Assembly (NCBI RefSeq): GCF_009914755.1
Contig: NC_060940.1
DNA length: 64,000 bases
Strand: one strand, 5' to 3'
Origin: the human T2T-CHM13v2.0 reference genome, Homo sapiens
The position numbers were made by a program, and so were the translations under genes. Below are positions 44,291 through 56,061 of this stretch, one piece after another. The notes below the pieces were generated by a model. It saw nothing but the letters and a program-made list of their open reading frames with translations, searched no databases and was not told the DNA's origin. Numbering within the stretch: the first letter of the stretch is position 1; each line of letters begins with the position of its first letter.

Positions 44291-44390
44291 TGAGTGACCT
44301 GCCCAAGATCCCACAGCTGACAAGTAATAGAACAAAGATTCCAACTCAGGGCTGTTCCTCTCCAACACCCATGTCTTTAAGGTTGAATCA
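44290..44390 (-). mobile_element. MIR fragment (likely donor of the 37-bp copy at 43153)
   Basis: GAGTGACCTGCCCAAGATCCCACAGCTGACAAGT... Confidence 0.75.
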
Positions 44391-44786
44391 TGGTTTTTGA
44401 CCTCCAGGCTGGTCCTTGGCAGAGTTTTACATCTCCCTCTCTTACCCCGTGATGCTGGGAGTCTAGTGTTGCTATGCTGCCATTCCCCCCAAAGGTTTCA
44501 GTGGAAAAGGCAATCCTCTAACCGAGGAATCAGAGGAAGAATTTCAGGAACCCAATAAGAGGAAATGTGGGGAGATTCAATGTACCTTCCAGGCAGCTTT
44601 CTGGTCTACCTGTGTTTTAAATTGGCCCCCTCTAGGACACATACTCTGCCTCTGTGTATGGCATTGGAAAGTACAGCCAACCACTCCCTGAAAACCTTTC
44701 CACTCATCTATGTGTCCTCAGAGACTGAGTCCCAAGTGTGTGAGACTATGAAGGCTTTCAGACCCTTTCTGGTGGTCTAGGGGGGT

Positions 44787-45650
44787 TGTTATAAATACTT
44801 TATATATCCCATGTCATATGCCCACTCAGTTTCTATGCCGCTATCAAGGAACCACTGAGCACACAGCCAGCATCCTACCTCAAATATGTTGCAGCTTCTC
44901 TCCCTTTCTTTCTATGCCAAGATGCTTTCCACAGCCAAGCAGGTCCTTCAGCTGTTAGCAGTTGTAGCCTGAAAGTGCGTGCTAGACAGTAGCCCCAAAG
45001 GAGGTCCTCAACCAATGGGAGTGAAAGTCAGTGGCTACGCTTTAGCTTCCTGTTCTGCAGAGGGACAATTCTGCAGTGCATTCTACACAGTTCTTGAGGA
45101 GACCCAGCCGCCCACTGTGGCAGCCCACTCAGTGAAACACCTTTTACTGGCTTTTTCTCTTTCCCTAGCTCACTCTCCCTGCTTCCTCACTTTGCCCATT
45201 CAGGTCACCCACAATTAAATGACTTACACCTGCATTAGTCCCTTTTCACACTGCTGATAAAGACATACCCAAGACTGGGCAATTTACAAAAGAAAGAGGT
45301 TTAATGGACTTACAGTTGCACGTGGATGGAGAAGTCTCACAATCGTGGCAGAAGGCAAGGAGGAGCAAGTCACATCTTACGTGGATGGCAGCAGGCAAAG
45401 AGAGAGCTCCTGCAGGGAAACTCCCATTTTTGAAACCATCAGATCTCATGAGACTCATTCACTATCATGAAAAGAGGGCAGAAAAGACCTGCCCCCATAA
45501 TTCAATCACTGCCCACTGGGTTCCTCCCACAACACGTGGGAATTGTGGGAGTTACAATTCAAGATGAGATTTGGGTGGGGACACAGCCAAACCATATCAC
45601 GCCCAATTCTGTGTCTCAGGCGCTTCATTCAGTGGAAGGCAAATTAAGAA
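44787..45650 (+). mobile_element. LTR16-type ERVL LTR split by THE1
   Basis: CCTCAACCAATGGG, GGGACAATTCTG, CTCACTCTCCCTGCTTCCTCAC, ...TGTCTCAGG...AAATTAAG. Confidence 0.7.
45231..45599 (-). mobile_element. THE1A/B MaLR solo LTR
   Basis: TGCATTAGTCC...GAGCAAGTCACATCTTACGTGGATGGCAGCAGGC...CCAAACCATATCA. Confidence 0.9.
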
Positions 45651-46063
45651 AGGCTGAAGCCCACTATAGTTGGTCACCACCCAGAAAACTGTACAGGGTT
45701 TGTTGGGAACTCAGGCTGCAAAGAAAAAAAAGCCAAGTATTGGCACTGGTTAGTGCCCCAGAATAAGTAAGTTTGCAAGTACAATTCATTGCAATGAGAG
45801 GAAACCTTTCCACCTGAGGCAGTCCTTGGCCCTAGACCATCAGCGAGCTTGAAATTCTGAGGTCATCACACTCTGCTCTAAAACTTTGCATAACTTCCTT
45901 GTCCCTTACCCTGGCTCTTAGGCCTTTTATGGTCTGGCTCTGCCTAACTTACAGCCTCGCTGTTCTTCCTACAGGGATTCCTTCTAACTTCTCCACTCCC
46001 CATGCTCCAGCGGGACACCAGCACTTCCCCAACTCAGGGCCTTTGCTTTTTATGTCACCAAAT

Positions 46064-46240
46064 AAGGCCAAACTTCATGGTCATTAACTTGTGCCGTTAC
46101 ATCAGGCTCCACCTTTGGAAGGGCCCTGTGCTTGGTTGAATGTTCTGCTTTTGCCATTTAAAAATTCTTAACTATTTATTAAACAAGGGGTTCTGCATTT
46201 TACTTTGCACTGGGCACTGCAAATGATGTCCTGCTTCTGG
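46064..46240 (+). mobile_element. MER91A-like hAT-Tip100 element
   Basis: GAAGGGCCCTGTGCTTGGTTGAATG...AAACAAGGGG..CATTTTACTTTGCACTGGGC. Confidence 0.75.
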
Positions 46241-46679
46241 AGTACGTAGAATGAGATCTGGCTTTCAAATAATAGTAATTTACCATACAGGATTATCAAG
46301 AAATTTTTATCTCTCTTATTAGGACATAATCTCACTTTTTCATCCCTTATCTCTACACCAAAACATTTTTTTAAATCAAAAGTGGATTATTTGAAAGAAG
46401 GAGAAAATTGTTTCAAAGTTGTCAATCTACCAATTTCCTTAGTGAATTTTGGGCCAAGGGCAGAGTTCATTCCCAGGGGTGTCACGTATTCTCACGTGCA
46501 CATTAAATATTGTCTAAAGGTGGAGGTTCCATCTGTGAGTTTCAAGGAAGGGAATTCCACGAGTGTTCTTTCATACTTCCTTTGTTGAATCTCAACATCT
46601 TATTCTAGTATTTTGCAGGTCTTTAAATACCCATGGTTTATTTATGAACTGAGGGTTATTAACTGTTTGAAACTTCATT

Positions 46680-46960
46680 AAGTCCTTCCCTGGGGACAGT
46701 CTGGGCTGAGGTCCTTTTAGATGATCCCTCCCCAAATATCTGTCTAATTTAGATTTAATAGAACAGTTTATTGTATGTTGATAAAATAATAATGAATTAA
46801 TAAAGCCTTCACTGAGACTTAGGTAACAGATATATAATCTATCATTGTTAAAGTGCCATGCAAATGTTTTTAATAATCAGCATTTAATATGCAGCAACCC
46901 AGACGTAAATCCAGCCTAAACACACATTTGGAAACTCATTTTAAGCAGCTCGTGAGTTTC
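46680..46960. promoter_or_regulatory. AT-rich unique island with SOX and octamer motifs (candidate enhancer)
   Basis: CATTGTT at 46843-46849, ATGCAAAT at 46858-46865, TAATGAATTAAT, several TAAT cores. Confidence 0.35.
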
Positions 46961-47734
46961 TTGGAGATGGGAAAACCTTAAGGCTGACTGTACAGCAGGC
47001 CATCTGGTGTCCTTGAGCCCCTTAAAACCTGGTAGTGATCCTGGGACCACAGGAGAGGCAGAGAGTCCATTGCTGGAAGATGCCCCTGGCTTCCTCTCCC
47101 CAAGCTTGGAGTTTGTGGATTCTTGCTGCTCTGTCATGCACTTTAAGATGTTCCACCCATAAAACGCATCAAGGACACTTTTAACCGGGAGATTCAGAAC
47201 CCATGATTATTTATAACATGACAAGGAGTGCTACCGCAGAGCTTCCCAGGGCAGTAAGTAGGATCTATAGAGGGTCAATCTATATGTATATGATAACTAA
47301 GTCTTACCTGCTTTTCACTTCTCCCAATCTCAGACTTGCTCTCTGGCTGGAGTTTTCCAGAAAGGGGGATCTACACCAAATATTTAACCAAGATATTACA
47401 AAAAAAGTCATCTTTTATCCCCCCATTTACTGCATCTTATCCTTAAAAGAATATCGATACATGGGCAGCTGACACTTGTGGTCATCTTAGATTTGGGCAA
47501 AAGGTCACATGTCAGGTTGGAGTTTTTATTACCTTAGACAAGTACCTAAGAGAGGTGAAGGCAAGTTGTCATGTTGAATCCATTCAGGAGGGCTTCTGTT
47601 CCCACATCTCAAGAAAGTTGGCTCTACTCACAGATAGAGACCCATTGTACAACCAAACTATCTCCACCAATGATCAGTCTTGGCCACAGGCTTCCACCAT
47701 CATCACACTTCTTTAGGATTAACTGTAAATCAGA

Positions 47735-47900
47735 AGTTGGTTAAGTGAGAAAAGTACTGGGTTTGAAACCACAAGACTTGAGTTCAAGGCCAATATACCA
47801 CTCACTAGCCTTGTAACCTGGGCAGATTACATGTCCCTTCTTTGAGCCTAAAGAGATATTAACTTGAAGTGCACTTACAACTTCTGTGGTCTGTCCTGGG
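47735..47900 (+). mobile_element. MIR
   Basis: GACTTGAGTTCAAGGCC...CACTAGCCTTGTAACCTGGGCAG. Confidence 0.65.
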
Positions 47901-48525
47901 GAAGTGAGACATTTAATGTCATTAGTAGCCACACTCACCTTATCACTGATTAATTTGCTCGATATGGAAACAGCTTGGGAAGCAGAGAGCAGGTCAGTAA
48001 GAAATTGGCAAGCAACCACAGACAATTATGATGAAGATGAAATATTGGGGTCTGCAGTGGCACTGGTTAGACAAGTTCTAAATGCAGCAGTGGCCCCTGT
48101 AAGAAGCTCCAGGTGTTGATGGATGCAGTGTGGACACCTTCAGAGCAAAGAGAAGAATGAGGATGGAAGGGAAGAAAGGCAAAAAACAAAAACTTTGCTG
48201 GTTTGACCTTTCAACCAGAAACGACCTCTGGTCACTGGGAAAAAGAAATCTCAGAGCTGTGTGGCTCATCCCGGAGGAGCTTCATGCCTAAGGGCACAGC
48301 CAGAGCTCTCCTGCCTGCCATCCAATCCTGGCAAGTTACTTGTACTCACTGTGCCTTCGTGTCTTCTTCTGGAAATTGGGACTAATAATCCACCAGAAGC
48401 TGTTGGAATCAAATGGGTGCATACATGTAAAACTTGGCTCAATGTGGGTATGCTATCACTAGGATTCCCCCATCCCCACCCCTGGGCTCCTAGTTCATAG
48501 GGAGAGGGAAGCCTGGTTCCCCTGC

Positions 48526-48947
48526 TGATATTTGGATATTTGTTTCTTCCAACACCCATGCTGAAATGGGATCCCAGTGCTGAAGGTGGGCCTAGTGGGA
48601 GGTGCTTGGATCATGGGGCTGGATCCCTCATGAATGGCTTGGTGCCCTCCCCAGAGACATGAGTGAGTTCATCGTCAGTTAGTTCATGTGAGAGCTGGTT
48701 GTTTAAGAGTCTGGCACCCCCTCCCCTCCCTCTCTTGCTCCTTCTCTCACCATGCGACACACCAGCTTTGCTTGCCTTTGGCCATGAGAGAAGCTTCCTG
48801 AGGCCCTCACCAGAAGCCAAGCAGATGCCAGCATCACACTTCTTATACAACCGCAGAACTGAATAAATCTCTTTTCTTTGTAAATTTTCTTTGTAAATTA
48901 CCCAGTCTCAGGTATTCCTTTATAGCAACACAAAATGGACTAATACA
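48526..48947 (+). mobile_element. MSTB solo LTR
   Basis: TGATATTTGGATATTTG...GGATCCCTCATGAATGGCTTGGTGCC...GGACTAATACA; TSD CCTGC at 48521-48525 and 48948-48952. Confidence 0.9.
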
Positions 48948-49214
48948 CCTGCTCAGTGGTGGCAGCCCTCTTAGCTCTTACCATACCTTCCTGCAGATCC
49001 TGCCATCTCCCAGACTGCCAGGCCAGGACCAGTGTCTGGGACAATGGCCTTGGGCAACATAAAAAGGATTTATAGCCTAGCTGGCAACTCAGGCCCCTGC
49101 CTCCTGTCATGGAATTTTGTCATCAGAGGCTCTGAAATTCCCAGGAAGAGATTACAGTGTCAGCTCTTAGTCCTGCCACAAGCACCTCCCGCACACTTGT
49201 CAGCATTTCCAGAT

Positions 49215-49445
49215 GTGCATATACACAGACACATGTGCACACACAGGTATGTAAGAATACACATAGGAACACATGTTCACAGACATAAGTACCCATATAC
49301 ACATATACAAATCTGTAGAGAGATTCACAGACTAACATGCATGCATATACATGCAGCAAGATATACGTCCATATAGACACATATGTACTTACAGCCTGAT
49401 GCACATACACCCACAAAAGATAAATATGCACATATATGTGTGCAC
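49215..49445. repeat. Degenerate CA/TA-rich low-complexity repeat
   Basis: Seen directly. Confidence 0.85.
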
Positions 49446-51249
49446 TAGTAAAATGTCACCTGGCACACTGTCACACTGTCACACACTGTACAGTCATGAA
49501 CTAGACCACATGTGCAGCACCTTCAAGAAACAGAGAACCTAGGAAGCCCCCAGCCTTGGTTCTAGCTCAAAGTCCACACTACACGGGCCCAGCTTCGTAG
49601 CCGTGCTGATGGCCCAGAGCAGAGGGAGGAAGCACGTGAAAGGAGACAGTGCTCTGCTGCTGGGGAGATCCAGCTGTCAGAGACTTAGGCTTGGAAGCCC
49701 TGAGACCCCAGGGAAGTCAACTCTAGCAGCCAGTGGCTGTGTTGCCCAGAGGGCTGGACAGGAATTTTTTCTTAAGGCTTTTGGTCCCCAAACCAGCTTT
49801 CCTACCAGCTATGAAAAGGAATTTCTGAGCAGCTTCTGGTTGACTGAAGGCAGAACCAGCCAGGAATGTGGCAAGCTTTATCCCGATGGGCTTTACTGAA
49901 GAAGAAAATGAAAACCAGGACTCTGGACAGAGTTCACCAGGGGTGAGTGGGTGGGGATGGGTAGGAGGTGAGAGGCAGAAGGAGAAGCAGGACCTAGTCA
50001 GGAGGTACTTGTAGGATGTGGGAAGACATGGGAGAGACCAACCTATGGTCTTCTCCAAACAGAAGCCTCTTCCCAGATTAAGCATCAAGATTTGCATTTT
50101 AGATAACAATTCTGTATTGCAAATTTCTGCCTATTCCGAAATCCTGTACCTTTCACATCATTTTGTAGATTCGTCATTAACTCCCAGAACTTGTCAGGAT
50201 GTCATGGCCATTCAGACCGGCCCTTTCATGATGCATGAATCCGTAATCCATGGATCCTCCAGCATACCTTCTGCTTTTTCTATTATAAAGCCCCACTGTG
50301 GAATTTCTGTCACATTTCTCTCTGATGCTTGTTGATTATGGCTTACTATTCCCAAATGCCTTCCTTCTGCCCCTCAAATAAGGCTTCCAATCTCAGAACC
50401 AGCATCCTCACCTGGCACCTGTTGCCCACCTCAAGATGACAACTTCTGCCTGCTGAAGACCCCAGAACCATGACCAAGACAAATGAAAAGTTCTAAATGG
50501 TGGAGAAGATGACCAGTGTTGCTGGCCCCGCTGAAGATTCAGCCTAAAGCAATCTACATTGCATGTTATCTGGAGGGACAAAGGAGAACTAAAGCACCTA
50601 CAAAGAAACTGCCCACCTTGACTCCCTAGGGCGATTCAGAGAGGATGTCAACTCTCAGGAATTCCCCATGTTGTTTGCTATATTTTGTCTGGGACTATTT
50701 AAAAAATCATTTATGGGAGGCTTCCATTCAAATGCACCTGGAACAAGTAGTATATTTACTGTCAGGAGCTATTAGTACAAGGAGAGCTCATGGGACAGAT
50801 GCATTTTGATGGAGAGCACCCTGAAATATTGGGGATTCTTTGGACCTCTCATTCAACTGGACTACCAGGAATGAGCCAGTTTACATTCCCCTCCTGCCCA
50901 ACTTCAGATGGGAGTCCTCAGGCAGAAACTAAACAACCCACCAGTTACGAGGCACTTATGTCAGGATTCATGCATCTTGCAAGGGGGGTCTGAATGGCCA
51001 CAATACCCTCAGCAATTCTGGAGTTTATGAATCTGTGAAACTATGAAAAAGGCACAGGACTTTAGAGTAGGATTTGGTTCTGGATTTTGCAATAGAGAGT
51101 TGGTATTTGAGCTGCAAACCCGAGTGCCTAATTTGGAAAGAGGTTTCTGTTTGGAGAAGGCCATAGGACCAAGGGATTAGTTGGCCCCCACAAGGCTTCC
51201 CACATCCTACAAGGTCCTCATGACCAGCTCCTGCTTCTCCTGCTTCCCA

Positions 51250-51650
51250 TTTATATGGACCCCACGCTCCAGTGTGGAGTGAATTGGGATCTGAGAACAC
51301 ACTCAATGCTCCATTTCCATGACTCTGTATTTGCTGTTCCCTAAGCAAGTGTTCTAATTCTCTTGTTTTTCACCCGCTGGCTCCTACATATCCTTCAATT
51401 CTCAGTTTAAGGGGGATCTCTTTGGAGTAGTCTTCTTTGACTCACTTTTCCTAGAGGCTAAGTGTCTTTCCTTGAGCTCCCTGAGTGTACGGTGGGAATT
51501 TTTGCTTTCGTCTCAATTTCTCCACTTGACTGTATGAGCTTTATAAGAAGAGAGCATTTAACTTACTTATCTTTATATCCTTGACAGTAGCATGAAGCCT
51601 GCATGCAGTCAATGTTTAATAAGTATTAGTTACATGCATGCATGGACTGC
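51250..51650 (+). mobile_element. L2 3' region
   Basis: TATTTGCTGTTCCC...TCTTTATATCCTTGACAGTAGCATG. Confidence 0.6.
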
Positions 51651-51664
51651 GTGAATAAGAGGTA

Positions 51665-51900
51665 CCTGGTGTACCGGTGAGCTTTGGGGCCAGGCTGTCC
51701 AGGTTTGTATCCTAGTTCTGCCACTCCTTGATAATTGGACTTTGATAAATGCCCTTATTTTCTCTGCACCTTAGCTTCCTTAGTCTGTAAAAGTGGAATA
51801 ATAATAGGGCTGTTGTAAGTATTAAGTGAGCTAATATATATGGAATGTTTAAATAGCGGCTAGTCCGTAGTAAGCGCTCAACACGTTAGTCATTATGATT
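51665..51900 (+). mobile_element. MIR
   Basis: TCCTAGTTCTGCCACT...TCTGTAAAAGTGGAATAATAATAGGGCTGTTGT. Confidence 0.8.
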
Positions 51901-52049
51901 ATGTCAAATTAGTCCAAATCCATTCCCATCTGAACGTCATCAGTGATTCTGAAGACTTCTCTTCTAAGTCAATATCAACAGAGAGGAATCAAGAAATGAC
52001 TCTACTTGCCCTTTGGGTCTTGTAACAATTTCTTCTCTGGTGCCCAAAA

Positions 52050-52420
52050 ACCCTCTATTGAGGCTGAGTGGACTTTATTTACAAGGGCCTAGTTAATCAA
52101 GTCCATCTGTAATGTAAATGTGCTTGTCATTATGCTAATACAAGCACTAGACATGCAAATCCATAAGCATTTGCATGCCTAATGCAACTGTTCTTGTCCA
52201 TCCTGTTCTGTTGCTATTTACCATCCAGTTTTTATGACTTATGGATTTCCAACCCTTTAAATTTATATCAATGCCGTGACATATCTGCAAGCAGTGACAG
52301 TTTTATGAGCAGTAAAAAAGCTGCAACACACCACCACTAAATACTAATGACATAAATGGTAGTTGTAATGGCCCCTATTTTTATTACAATACCAAACCTC
52401 AATATATTGCAATTACCTCT
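52050..52420. promoter_or_regulatory. Octamer/HOX/MEIS-rich unique element with two adjacent inverted repeats (candidate enhancer)
   Basis: ATGCTAAT at 52132, ATGCAAAT at 52153, ATTTGCAT at 52169, TTTTATGAC at 52230, TGACAGTTTTATGAG at 52295. Confidence 0.5.
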
Positions 52421-53003
52421 GCACTCAAACTAGACCAAGCCAAACTGTACAGGAGCCATCCCAGTGGGGGAAAAGAGACCAGCAGCAGAATTTCTGGGTC
52501 GAGCCAGTCTATAGCACTGAGAAGCTGAGGTCAGCAACTGTGGCAAAAATTTCCTCTGAGAGGCCACTGGGCCTGCAAATCAGAAGCCTTCATCAGGGAG
52601 AGATGTGCCCAAATGCTAAGGTGGTCTCACAAGCCTTAAGTATTACTTAAAGGTGGTTCATAAGTTTTAGCCATCCACTCTCTGCCATCTCCATGAAAAG
52701 GATGAGTGGAATGGAGGAGGAGGCACCAGGACTACCCAGTCCCAATCCCAACCGAGTCCCTAACTTGTGTGACCCTGAGTAAGTCCCTTCCTTCTTTGAG
52801 CCTCAGAATCCCCATCAGGAGGGGTAGGAGTTCATCTCTCTAAGGGACTTTCTAACTCTGACAGCCTGAGACTGACTCTATGAGAAATTCAAGCCCAAGA
52901 TGTAGCCATTAATTTTCTCCAGAATGAAAATATATCCACCAGGACATTTTTATGCTTGGTTTTATAAGTTCTGATTTCGTGCCTTAAAATAATAGCACCT
53001 TGA

Positions 53004-53478
<475 letters not shown>

Positions 53479-54142
53479 AAGGCCCAGATCTTTACTGGTG
53501 ACCTTCTATTAAGCTATGTTTCTGCCTCTCAAGCGGCCACCCCTTCCAGAATCTGCAAGTAAGAATAACACCTTCTTGGTGCAATGAGAAGAACAACAGA
53601 AAGGACCTTTGAAGCAACCCCTCTTCAATGCCTCAAATTCCACCAGGAGGGTTTTGTTCATTTGGCTCCTGAACTGGGCCCCTGGGAGAGGGAGCTCCCT
53701 AAACAGTTACCCATCACTAATATTTCAGTGTGGACTTGTTTATAGGCTCACTTTCCCCAAGGATAGCTTGTTAAGGGCAGCCTTGGATGGGCAGTTGTGG
53801 GGTGCATCAGTTAAGTACAGAGGGGTATTTTTGGGAGACAGGAGGCCTGGATGGGAGATACTGGATGATGAGAGGACAACAGGAGAGGAACGGGCTTGAG
53901 AGGGAAGAGGAGGGTCCATGAGAACAAACTTCCCAGCCCTACTTTCATTTGTGCTCTAGGCTGGGATTTCTTTTCAGGATAGATGCAGTCCTGCTGGCTG
54001 AGTGCAGCAGATGGTACAGAGAAGGTGCTTAACCAATGTCTGCTGAGCAACATTTTCAATACTAGAACTAATCATCATTCCCCTAAGGCAATTAAAATCC
54101 ATCTGGAATTAAGAAAAATTGCTGGGACTGGCTGAAAGGTGG

Positions 54143-54526
54143 TGTTATGGACTGAATTTTGTCCCCCTCAAAAAATTCTTATTGAATTTGGTGGGGGGGA
54201 CACATAATCCCCAACGTGACTGTATTTGGAGATGGGGCTTTGGGGGAGGTAATTAAGGTTAAATGAGGTTACGATGGTTGAGTCCTAATCTAACACAACT
54301 AATGGCCTTATAAGAAGAAGAAGACATGTGCATGCACAGAGAAAAGGCCATGTGAGGACACAGGAAGAAGGTGACCACCTGCAAGCCAAGGAGAGAGGCT
54401 TCAGAAGAAACCAAATCTACAGACACCTTGATCTTGACTTCTGGCCTCCAAGACTGTAAGAAATACATTTCTGTTGTTTAAGCCACCCATTCTGTGGTAT
54501 TTTGTGTGGCAGCCTGAGCTAAGACA
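54143..54526 (+). mobile_element. MLT1A0/B solo LTR with an internal fold-back insert
   Basis: TGTTATGGACTGAAT...GACTGTATTTGGAGAT...GCAGCCTGAGCTAAGACA. Confidence 0.85.
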
Positions 54527-55010
54527 GAGAGAAGAGGTTTGATGCCATGTCCTGCTGTGGATGGGGGGTTGATTGATCCACTGCCCAGGACACATTTAGG
54601 TAGGAATGGAAAGAGTTGTCAGGCAGCAAAACTGCTCTTGTGGAATGGTAGGTGTCGGGTTGCCACTGAGAGACACTGGAATGCACCTATACTCTCTATT
54701 TAGAGGGCAATTAGGGTGTTGATGGAGGAATTTCTCCCCCACTGTATGAGGTGGTGGCAGTGGGAGACCTGGTATGCATTTATCCAGCAGAGAGAAAAAA
54801 ATGGCAAGTCAATGGATCATTGTTCATGAACTGAAATCCTAGTTCTGCCACCACCCAGCTGTGTACCCCTGCACCAGGCTCATCTTGGTGCCTCATCTTC
54901 TATCTCTAAAACAAAATCACTGGATAAATCAGTGTTCCCAAAAGTCGGTCACTAAAGTACTTGCTACAGAATGTTTGCCACACTCATATGCCGATTGAAC
55001 TATCATCTCC

Positions 55011-55645
55011 TGGATTCGTTTCATAGAATTGCTGTAGCAAATTACCATTACTGAGGTGTCTTAAAACAAAAAAATTTATTCTCTCACAGTTCGGGAGTCA
55101 TGAAGGCTGAAACCAAGGTGTTGGCAGGGCCAGGCACTCTCTGAAGTTTCGAGGGAAGATTCCTCCTCTGCCTCCTCCAGCTTCTTGGTAGTTCCTGGAG
55201 TTCCTTGGCTTGTGGCAGCATCAGCTTAGTCTCTGTCCCCATCTTCTCACGGCTTTGTCTCCCCTGCCTCTTGCCCTCTTTTATAAAGATGTCAGTCATA
55301 TGGGATTAAGAGCTCAGTCTTCTGTATGTCATATATACTATGCTTAGCTTATACTATATAGTTTACTGTTATTACCCACTTAATTCAGATTTCCAGAGAA
55401 GAGACTGTATTCAAAATGCCTCATACAATAACTGGCACAGAGCACATAATCCTCCCCATATGTTTCTGCATCCTCCCTCCTCTTATAAGAACACAAGTCA
55501 TTGGAGTTGGGGCCCACCCTAAATCCAGTTTATCATCTTGAGTTTAACTTAATTACAACTGTAAAAATCCCATTTCCACATTCACAGCTCCTAGGGGTTA
55601 GGACTTGGACATATCTTTTCAGAGGACACTATTCAGCTCACTACA
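55011..55645 (-). mobile_element. MLT1C LTR in two overlapping pieces around a foreign segment
   Basis: GCTGTAGCAAATTACCA...CCTTGGCTTGTGGCAGCATC; second piece ends GGACACTATTCAGCTCACTACA. Confidence 0.75.
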
Positions 55646-56061
55646 TATGCCAAATATTTTTATTATATTAACTTTAAACCAGTCCCTCTTTTACTTGCCT
55701 TGTAATATCCATGAAGCTACAGGTTTGATGTGTTCACTATATTTTCCTTAAAAATATTTTTAAAATATATTTCAAACCTGCAGAATAAAAAATTCAAACT
55801 AACATAATGAACACTTGTGTATCTACGTTTGGCTTAACAAATCTTAGTACTTTGCAATATTTGTCTCAAATCTTTTTTCTTTCAAGATATAAAATATCAT
55901 AGAACTATGTTAGGCTGGTTTTGTATTCTTTCAGATCCCATTCTCCTCCCCAGAGGCAACTACTCCTTAAAGTTGGTATGTATTATTCCTATTCATGTTT
56001 CTATACTTTTTATGATGTTAATATGTCATATAACATATATCTGTCATACATAATCTCAAAT

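Noticed and set aside
49032-49542. His/Thr- and Val/Tyr/Cys-rich ORFs
   Set aside because: Translation of the CA/TA low-complexity tract
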